DNA of 64,000 bases from Bigelowiella natans CCMP2755 (taxonomy: Eukaryota > Protista > Cercozoa). The position numbers and the translations under genes were made by a program. The stretch is from positions 1-64,000 of the forward strand of contig ADNK01000619.1 in the NCBI GenBank assembly GCA_000320545.1. Reading direction: 5' to 3'. Positions 10,175 to 20,346 of this stretch are shown here, piece by piece. The notes under the pieces are model-generated. The model saw nothing but the letters and a program-made list of their open reading frames with translations, was not told where the DNA came from and did not search any database. Each line of letters opens with the position of its first letter. Within the stretch, counting starts at the first letter, position 1.

Positions 10175-11713
10175 AAAGCTTGTGATCCAGACCCGACAAA
10201 CAGCATCTTCATACATAGGTCAATCTTCAGCTCTATGCTTTCTCTCTTAGCTTCATGAAGTAAAGCCCATTCATTATCACAATCAACGCGCTTCTTGGCC
10301 TGAAATATCAAATTTTTGGTTGATATTTGAAGCTTTGCAATAAGCAACCCAATACCTCAAATTCGTTGATCAGACTCCTCAAATGATTTCTAAGTCTCCA
10401 TACTGTGAATCGGTAGTAAACCGTAGATGGAAGTGGCAAGTACTTTGCAAAGGGGAACATATTTATCAGCAAACTGGCAAATTGGTCAACCTGATTGTTG
10501 TTGTAGGATCATCTAAGTAAGATAACGATTCTAACTTATGACCAAGCGGCCCACCTCTGCGTAAAATCTTGTCTTGCAACACATAATCGTATGTTCACTC
10601 CAAGAGACTTTCCCAAAGATTAAAGTCAGTCTTACCTTCCACCTGAGTTTTGGTAACGGTATTTTGATGATCGAAAGTTTCTAAATCAATCCTCTAAGTA
10701 TTTCTACATAACTTTTTCTACATTGCGGATGAATAACATCTCCCTGTGTATGCCTTTGACACCACCCCCGCTCCCATTCTATTAGTTCTGAAATCGAATT
10801 TCAATACCAAAAATCTCTGAGCGCTTCGGAAGTATCCGTCTCGTCTTTATCCTTTTGACTAAATTCCCTTAGACAATAAGTGGAGTTCTTAAAAATTACT
10901 ATTAGTGATTCCGCAGAAATAGCTTAAGTAGTTCTACCTTTGACCAAATTCGTCGAAAAGATCATTTAGGATTTGGAATAGATTGAGCGAAGTATCATCG
11001 ATGGAGCTGCTTACCTAATATATTTAACAAGAGCTTTTGTTTGTATCACTACGTTGAAATTTATTAAAGATTTACTTTTCTTTCCAATTTGAGCAATTTT
11101 GGAGAAAAGGCTCCAACGAGAGGGTTCTGTACAGAGAAACAAGTAAGAATTATATCTTTCAAGCGCTGGCTAAAGCCATTTACCTGCACACCATTTGCGT
11201 GAAGTTTCCGTTGCGGGACTCCTGTGAGGATCTTTCAAACGGAGTGTTAGAATGACATTGATATGGAGGTATTGATGCTTAGTAAACCTTGCACAGTAAC
11301 TCCGGTGAATTTGCAATAATGAACTGAAATTGAGGTTTAGGATGTGAGCGGGGAAGTGATGAACGATTTTGCAAATTAATGAAAACCGGTTTTCCTGCAG
11401 GACTTCGGAGAGCTGCTAATCCGTTGTTTTCATCAAGGAAACTTGTGATTTTTATGAGAATATCCTCGAAGTTTCCTGAAGAGTCGTAAATTAATTCCCG
11501 AGCCAAATTAGTGAAGGAAGTGACCTCTAATAATGTCCAGCGGAGAGATCCAGGTAGTGGGAATGCCTGTTTTAGTGATTCTTTGATCTAGATAGTACCA
11601 ACGGCCTGCGATCGTATTCCGTAAATATCAGAAGACCGTAACTGCAGCAACGTATTAGATCGACCTGCTGCTGCAGCAACGACTGCTGTCACAACAGCGA
11701 ATATTAGCAGCAT
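9097..11713 (-). CDS. Cytochrome P450, multi-exon
   Basis: N-terminal anchor MLLIFAVVTAVVAAA; K-helix ETLRMYAPV (ExxR, about 9735-9765); NPNSFDYRRF (PERF-like); heme motif FIPFGIGSRSCPG (9390-9430); last exon ...MNLKLKMRKRKD* (TAG 9097-9099). Confidence 0.92.
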
Positions 11714-11992
11714 AGGTGCCACCAGCTGACAAATGGAAGGTAGAGCTACATATCAGATAGTGGACAAGTGGTCACAATACAGAAGTAAATCGCGGTTAGA
11801 GTGCCAATACATGGAAACTCTGCACTGCCAGTCCAGTAAACACCCCCCCCTGCAGACAACGTCGAACTGTGTGGAGTCCGGATGAATCAAAAAGTTGGTT
11901 TGGGATATTTTATTTCCTTGTCGCTGTACTTGAATCCCCAAGCAAAGAAAGAAAGAAAGAATATGTACGAGTAAGATCTGGGAGAATGAGAT

Positions 11993-12001
11993 AACAACAA
12001 C

Positions 12002-12085
<84 letters not shown>
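11993..12085. repeat. (CAA)n microsatellite, about 30 units
   Basis: Read directly; lies between the P450 start and the next plus-strand gene. Confidence 0.95.
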
Positions 12086-12140
12086 CCGAGTAGATCTAGG
12101 AGAAAATCATCGGATTTTTATCCGAGGAGAGCACAGTGAT

Positions 12141-12972
12141 ATGTTGGGTTTCCAAGCTGTTTGTCTCCTTATCGTAAGTATAAAATCACTGTGATTTTAG
12201 GGTAGAGACAATACCAGAACCTCCCTCTGGACTGGCGTTCGGCACTGCACATAGCTGAGCTGGAACGTCGACCAGCGTGGTGTCTGGGGGAGGAGGAGGA
12301 GGAGGAGGAGGAGGAGGACGTCTCGAACGCATCTTTAGGGAAAGAGGCAACTCCGAAGGACAACCTCATCATTGATCTTCCTCCCTCGATCTCTTCCTCT
12401 CGTTTCATCATTGGGAGTAATCTTCGTGCAAACCATCCGAATCATCATCCTTAAATAAAGCACTGCCTTTCTAGATGTTTTTCCTCGTCGCTCTGGAAAT
12501 CCTGCTTGAAGTTACGATTGTGAACACCCAACATCCCCCCCGCAACTTTAAGCATCATCAGCAATGGAAAGGACCAAATTTGTGCTCGGCAGGTGCAGAT
12601 AAATGCAACTCGAGCTCATTCGTAGCCATGACTGCTTCCCTGAGCAGTGGGAGGAGGGGGAGGAGAAGTTGGCCGTCATCGCAGAATGGTGCTATTGCTT
12701 CTAGTGATATCACAGGATCCCTGTCTCCTTCAGAAGACAGCAACAGTGAACATGTGGAGTATTCGTTAGCTTTTCACGCAGCAGAAAACGCCCTCTTCTT
12801 CCTCCAAGAAGGAAGGGTCGTTGAGATGTTCTACGTTGAGGAGGAGAATACCTTTAAGGTGGTGGTGGTGGTGACATTTTAAATTTTTTTGACTCTCGAA
12901 CGAGCCCCCCTCTTCCATCTAATGAAAAATGTTTCTTTGCAGTATCGATTACTCTTCAATGGCTCGTGTAGT

Positions 12973-13031
<59 letters not shown>

Positions 13032-14064
13032 TAGTAGTAGTAGTCTGGAAGGCTGGTCGATAAGAGCACAAACACCATATAAAATATGCTCAACGCCTAA
13101 ATTTCGGTCGATCCGAGCATCGAATTATCCGAATTCGAAGTATGCACTCCTCGCTCTCGAAAGCAGTGGTCCAGGAAGAAGATTATTCTCCAGGTGTTCT
13201 GTGGATGGTGATCGGGTAGATTGTAGCGCTGTTAGCATTGGCAGCAGTGCAACGTACATCTCTGGAGACTGTGAAAGCGAATGGCTGCCAATTGACTTTG
13301 GCATCCTTCCAAGCGACTTTTCCGAGCCAATACTGCCATCGTCCAAGTGTGACTGCGTCTATTTCCTCTCGAAAAGCGGTTCTGTTCTCATCAGACGAGC
13401 CAATCATGGCCAATTTGGCGAGTGGAAGCGCTGGGCTGTTCCAAAGAGCATTCGATTAAAAACTCTAACGGTCAGGACTAACGTTGAATAACTACAACGC
13501 AATACATTCGTCCAAGTACAATAAAGCTAGTTGGTGGTGTCAATGGTTCTTGAACATGATAATTACGTATCCGCTACCTAAATTTGTACTACCTGTATTT
13601 GTGCTGTGTGTTGACGTGTTCGTGTTTGGACCGTCTTCCTCCTCCCCCTCCCCCCCTTTCCCCCTTCCTCGTCTTGTGTGCTTGCTCCCTTACAGGATGT
13701 ACATTCTGTAAAGGACTCGTCTGTATTCGGTATCTCAGCAGAAGGAGATCTTATCGAGTTCAATGAGAATGGGAAGAATTTGCGGCGCACGTGGCGGAAT
13801 CATAAGCATCCGCCTGGAAACAATCGGCTTGCGCCTTTTGAAGGACTTGCATTTGTCAGCCCTTTTGTTGATGAGACAACAGCCACGAGGGAAGTTTCGA
13901 TATTTCTACTCAGCAGAGGGGGGGACCTCGTTGAGTTTCGCAGCGGTAGCAACCACGCAAACGCACACATGCACACATAAACATGCATGTGCATAATTCA
14001 TATCTGATCACGCATATATGCAGTGAATAGAGCAACAAAGAAAATATCTCGATAAATATGTACA

Positions 14065-14135
<71 letters not shown>

Positions 14136-15402
14136 ACATATATAAAATGGGCAATCATAATCAATCATTGATGGATGAGCTTCATATCAGTCTCCTAATT
14201 CCTTATCAATGACTTCAACAATTAACAATATGTCGTTCATTCTTGTAAGGGGGAGCTTCCTCCTCCTCCTCCTCCTCCTCCTCCTCCTCCTCCTTCTTAG
14301 CAGGACATTGGATCAAACATGGGAAACCTAGCGGCAAAGCTGCGAAACTGTCATCTCCAGTTGTAGGCATGATAGCAGGCAGCGCTTTGAGAGTCTTCGC
14401 AACCTCTACTGAAGGCCACGTTTACGAATGGCGGGTTCTCACCACCCCGCCCCCATTCGTTTTTGTCCTCTTTTTTGTAAATCTGTTTTTCTAACTAAAC
14501 ATACTCTCAAACATGTGCCACATATATTTGTATTTTGGCTTCAACACCCGTGGGCTGCGTATCCCCCCTATTATTCTCGGGCTGAAAGCTATGATTATTC
14601 ATCCTTTTCCCCCCCCCCCCCCCCCTCCTCCTCCTGTCTCCAGATGCCATCCTTCAATCTTGAACAGCGACGTTCAGCAAACAGGCTTAGTAATTATCCG
14701 ATGTTCCGCAGCACCTGGATAGACCACAAACACCCGAGAATAAGGAGAGATGGTGATGATGATGCTGATGGTGGTGCTGGTGGTGGTAAGAGCAGACGCG
14801 GAAGAATATCTCGTGCAGCGCTCAGCATAAATAAGTTTGGCATATTTGCGAAAACTGCTGGCGGAGAGCTCGCAAGGCTGAACATTAAGAGTCAAAGACT
14901 GGCCAAACTAAAGGTGGTGGTGGTGGTGGTGGTGGTGGTGACCTTCTTAGTTTCTATTTATTACTCAAGTGTGAGGTATTCGCGGTGATGAGGGCGAGTT
15001 GAAACTCACCCATGATACAAATTGATAGATGACAACAAATGTGGTCATTTTATGCTACATTCACTTCCGTGTTCCTTGGATATATGACGCTCAGGTGACA
15101 TCTAGTGAGACGACAACGTTCGCCGTTGTTCCCAAAGAAGAGTATTGGGAGTGGGTAATACATGCGCTCCCCAAGGAGATTGGTGGGGAGGGAACGACGA
15201 ATCTTGCGCCACAATGTCCCGATATTCGTGAAAATGAAGGTAGAGTGCTTTCGAATATTATGCATTAATGATTCTGGTGAGGAAAAATAATAATAGGAAT
15301 ATATGATATGCGGCAGGAAACGATAACGCGCTGAACGATGATGCTGATGATTCCCATAATTGTCGCTATTTCATGCCAGAACAAGTTCAAATATGTGAAT
15401 AA
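12141..15402 (+). CDS. Uncharacterised, probably secreted beta-propeller-like protein with WxxHxxP repeats; start uncertain
   Basis: Exons carry the recurring blade-like motifs ALFFLQEGRVVEMF, VYFLSKSGSVL, IFLLSRGGDLVEF, WRNHKHPPG, WIKHGKPSG, WIDHKHPR and WEWVIHALP. Ends CRYFMPEQVQICE* (TAA 15400-15402). Confidence 0.55.
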
Positions 15403-16359
15403 CATTTGAAATTATTACGTACGTTAATTGATCCAACGCACATTCTAAAGTATTGCTACGTTGCATTGTCTATCAACAAGATGGGTACGTATGAGTATTT
15501 ATATTCATGGGTATCGAAGCAATTTTGCTGTGCGCTTATTCCATTTTGCTTCGATATATCTATTCTGCGAACATGGTGCTGCTAGCTAAGTAATGAGCTG
15601 TACGCATTCATGATGCCATCTGGTATTGTAGTGTGACGGACTATATAGCTTCACTATCGCCGCATGCTGAACGGGTACGTAAAATACATGTAGACTTGAC
15701 ACATGGTCTCACTTTGATTGTCGGCGAGCTTCTTTGCGTATCAGCACACGGCACAGCAACACGTACTGCACGTCATGAGCAAACAGTTATTACAGTCAGC
15801 TTACACGCGTGGCTGGCGGATACATTGTTAGATTGGTCTCATCGGTTGACACTGATAGCCTGCTGTGCCGCATGAGTGCACGGCAAAGTGGGGGACCGCG
15901 ACGAAGCACGTGTGATGATGGCATGGCAGCTATAACCTGTTTCTGAGCGCTTGTCGTGCCAGCAGGTTTGCATGTGCCAGCATGCATTGTGCATTGCCGC
16001 CCCAAAGATCCATAACGTAGCGTGCACGAACCCAGTATGATGCATCCCAATCGCCGTCACGATATTGTAATGAAGGTTTAAAGCATGCTAACAATAAGTA
16101 GTAGTAGCAGTATTGAACAAATAGCGGCGCTACTTATTTGGCAGCTGTCATGGAAATTTCGTGCAGTTCATGAGCGCTCCCTGAGCCATATGCACTATAC
16201 GCCTCGCACAGTAGAAATTTGAAATTTCAATGATGTGACAACGTTCGATTCCCAGCAGTACCACTTTCAACTCAGGCTGCAGCAACGTTATTCTAAGCCT
16301 TAACCCACGGCTTGCACGATCAAAAAGCTTCTGCAAGTTCACTTTCATCACATGTTTAA

Positions 16360-16474
16360 TCAGTTGTTGCCGACATTTGTCTCGTGGATGTATGCAGTCC
16401 CTAAGATTAATTTTGAATTAGCGAAATAACGAAGGAGAGGAGTCACGTTGAGAGAAAAAGTAGTAGCAGTAGCA

Positions 16475-16512
<38 letters not shown>

Positions 16513-17686
16513 TGCATTACAGGAAGATAAAAGCATACACACGACACTAACAGATACCGAATTTCAAAGAAACGCGCATTATTCCTGCTGCGTCCTTAGA
16601 GTCTGCCTTTCCTGCGGGGGGGAACAAGGGAGAGTTTGCCACACCAATCATGCACTGATACTAATGGTAGTTGTAGAAGTGTAGCTTTCGTCTCTCTGTA
16701 TCTATCTCTCTCTTTCTAATTTCGTCAGAGCAACTTGGTTACCCCGCCCATATACTGGTTACCCCGGCCACATACAGAATCTTTCTTTCAATAATCATCA
16801 TCATCGTCGTCGTCACATGCACTAGCAGCAATAGCAGCAGTAGCAGCAGTAGCAGCAGCATCTTCATCTTAAACAAAGCTTCTCGTTACTGCAGGATGAT
16901 ATGATGGGTAGCGCTAACCTTCTCCATACGCAGTATTGACAGTGTTCGCAAGCTTGAACTAAGGAAAGCAAATAGATAACAGCACATGCCAGATCAGCCA
17001 ACATGCGTTGACCGCACTTTGATATTAGTCATAACAGCTACCACACCACCACCACCTTTGCAGAATGGGGAGGAAGATATCCTCGTCCGTATGGCAGCTC
17101 AACAACAGCCATATCGTTATCTGGAGGGTGGGGCAGAGAGAACAAAGAAACGCGGAGGAGAGAAAAATAGAGAGAGAAAAGTAGTGTTAAAGACGCATTG
17201 CAGGTAGATTTGACGAAGGCGTTCTCCCCTCCTCCTCCTCCTCTTTCGGTTGCAAAGGAAATTGGATCTTCTTGTTGTCTTGCTATTCTCATTACTTAAT
17301 CCAACGAGGGTTCCTTTCCCGTATGGCGTGATTATCTGATAGGAAAAATAGTTGCTCAGCATTTTATGCAGTAGGTATGTTTCAGGTAGCAGCACAATCT
17401 GTCTATTACCCAACGGATAGCTCAACTAAGCTGCTATATTATATATTGAATATGAACTGCAGCTCTCCTCCTCCTCCTCCTTCTTCTTCTTCTTCTTCTT
17501 CTACTACTACTACTACCTCGTTTACATTTGTCCTATGGACATATGCTATGCCTGGGTTATAATAATGGTTAATAATCACATGTAGTAAGAAGAAGGAAGG
17601 AGGAGGAGGATATGCTCATTGTTGCACAGATGGTTGATTTGATAGCTGGTGTCTGCTGTTGTGGGGTAGTCGGCCCATCAAAGGAG

Positions 17687-17724
<38 letters not shown>

Positions 17725-19103
17725 GGTGGTGGTCCAACTCTCCTACCGAATTTGAGCTGCACTCTCACCATTCCACCAGCGTCCTCTCCAAGACAGAGTC
17801 CCTGATTAAGACGAAAGAACAAAATGATCGCAGGATGGGTGCATGCTCAGTGGCCTTCTTCGCGTACTAATCGTAGTGGTAGCGGTCGTATTGAGAATGT
17901 ATACTACGAACTGACGACTACTTCAACTTCTACTGCAACAACGACAACTACTACCACTAGTACTCTTGCTACTGTTATTACTTCCACTACTACTACTACT
18001 ACCTTGCCGTACGATGTAGCTACTGGCATGGATGTTACTTTGCGCTGTAACATACATGTTGCCAAATTACGTAGTATTCAATCAAAAATTGTCATATTTT
18101 AGAATAACGATATGCCTATCACCATTGTTATTCTCGCCACTATCACCACTACCATCTTCCCATGACAAGAAACACGTAACTTAAACGTGTTTAGTCTAAG
18201 CCTCGAATACGAATCGGTAATTTTCCTTCTTCTATCTCTCTCCTATCAACTCCTCATTTGCTATGCGGTGCTGGCAGCACCTGCACGGTATGGGTTGGCA
18301 TGTAGCCGACACCGTAAGGAAGCTGTACAACGGCCATTCCATCTCCTAAATAATAAGATTAAGCAATCAATCAACATCCTGCTAGGGGCTACTTGTTGCA
18401 GGGATCGCTGTGGAAATATCATTTTGGATTTAATGCGGCTCCACATTTAGTGAATTAAGGAAACGAGTTGCTTTGACCATGCACGAGCAGAAGCAGAAAA
18501 TCTCATATTGAAATATGCGGAAGACCGAGAGGTTTGTCACTAGAATTCATTGTGGTAGATATTACTAGCGTAGTCGCACAAGCCTTCACCGTAAGGGGTG
18601 CTAACCTAGGAATAGAGTTGACAAAACAGGATTAAACATTCACGACGGCACGTTAGAATCGCGCCATCATATTTTCTATTCGAATGATGACGTAATAGAA
18701 TTTTTGAACCATCATTATTTACAGAACTGACTGAATTTGGGTGAGGATGTCGTCTGCGTATCTATGAGTGAGTGTGAGCCAAGGCACAACACGTGATTTG
18801 TATACCGGCTTCGAGTACATACTTCCGCCATTCACATTAGATTCATGGATGTATGCAGTTCCTGACCAAAGTTTGATACGAGGATATGATGTGGTAGATC
18901 TATTTAGGAAATTTGCGACAAGATTTCTCTTCAAAAGAGATGAACTTCTTCGTATCTGTGCTAGTACCAAAAGGGAGGACTACGGTGAGCATTCCTGCTG
19001 CATCTTTCGAAGTTGCTTTACCTACAAATAAGTATTAAATTTGCAACTACTCTTCTGCAACAGATGAGATGCCAGATAAACCTGCTTCTAATATTGTATT
19101 TTG

Positions 19104-19144
<41 letters not shown>

Positions 19145-19746
19145 CTACTCCTACTCCTACTACTACCCTCTCCATAGCTTGTCATCACAAGCTTTTCTTC
19201 CATGCATACCTGAACATATTTAAAAGCAGAGAGGTTGAATTAGTTGAGCTGGTACAGTAGGCTAATATAATTTACTCTTGCAGTTTGAGTTGGCATGTAG
19301 CCAATGCCGTATGGCAGGGACACACTCGCCATTCCATCAGCTAAAACACACAGTTCAACACCAAACAAGAAGTTAGTAAACCAGCATCAACTTATCCGTC
19401 CCCAGGTCCTCTGGCATTCAATTCGTACGTTAACTTTTGTTTTGTCTCTCACCTACGAATTTGAGGTAACCGGATCCGTACGGAGTCTGAACTGTCTGTA
19501 AGAATTCACGGAGGCAGCACACAGATTCAATCAACAAGTGTGAGAGCATTTAACAAGCTGGTAGATCTCTTGAACAAATTTAGAGCTCTCCGAATGAATT
19601 TCATCATTTGGATATTCCTATAGCTTTAGTCAATTCTCTCCCTTATCTACTTCACTGTGTACACATGTATGCGTTGGGGGGGTTGCGTACCATTGCCACT
19701 GGTACACACTCGCGGTGATTGAGAAATTGCTGCCCGTTTCAGACAT
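16360..19746 (-). CDS. Small repeat protein with six ~45-aa V-x-T-x-YG-x-G ... M-x-x-V-x-L-x-(Y/F)G-x-(G/A)Y units (SH3/KOW-like barrels?), about 19 exons
   Basis: Spliced exons: TVQTPYGSGYLKFV|DGMASVSLPYGIGYMPTQTAR|VCMEEKLVMTSYGE|GKATSKDAAGMLTVVLPF|GTAYIHESNVNG; VSTPYGEGLCDYA|DGMAVVQLPYGVGYMPTHTVQ|RKVTSMPVATSYGK|GLCLGEDAGGMVRVQLKF|GIAYVHRTNVNE; IITPYGKGTLVGL|NDMAVVELPYGRGYLPPHSAK|FKLANTVNTAYGE|GKADSKDAAGIMRVSLKF|GTAYIHETNVGNN*. These exons are flanked by AG/GT. Confidence 0.82.
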
Positions 19747-19788
19747 AAACGGTCTTCATGGCAGTTTCAGCCTTATTTTCGGTAAGCA

Positions 19789-19808
19789 ATTTTGTGACGT
19801 CACAAAAT
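19789..19808. promoter_or_regulatory. Perfect 20-bp palindrome with CRE core (ATTTTGTGACGTCACAAAAT)
   Basis: Read directly; about 45 bp upstream of the ATG at 19746, in the divergent promoter shared with the phosphatase gene. Confidence 0.5.
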
Positions 19809-20346
19809 AGGCCTGTAATTTCGACAAAAATATATGTACATTTTATGTCATTCACACTTCAAAGGATTTTCGACTCCGAATGTCGAGAGAGGGAAATTCG
19901 TCTGAGATTCACCGAGATACACCTAAAATCTATCTGACTGTTTTGTCTCAAAGTAGGAATCCACTGCGTTTGGCTTTTATGAGCACGTTCTTCTGGAAGC
20001 GCTGAGGCCACGTATCACGTCAGCTGAGATCCTGGATTTTGCAAGTACGTCCACGTGCATAGTAGTCTAATATCAGATACAGCGACAACAATGATTTCCA
20101 TGTCGCTCTTTAAAAAAGGGGCCTAGTATTACATCGCGTCGTCACACATACATGTAGTACCTCCTCCATGTCTGTATTCGGGTAATAAATGCACACAGTG
20201 CTGTACGACGATGAAAAAACAGTGTTCTTCTGCTTCTTCGGGTGCCCCTTGCGCTGATCGATACTGGAGAGCCTAAACAGAGTCGCCCATTCGCTTTTGC
20301 CAAATAAGAGTTAGGTATTATTGGTTACAAGTGAGAAGGCAGGAGG

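Noticed and set aside
16380-16402. Near-identical GGATGTATGCAGT words at about 16385 and 18847, first suspected to be ncRNA copies
   Set aside because: Explained as paralogous GTAYIHE exons of the repeat protein.
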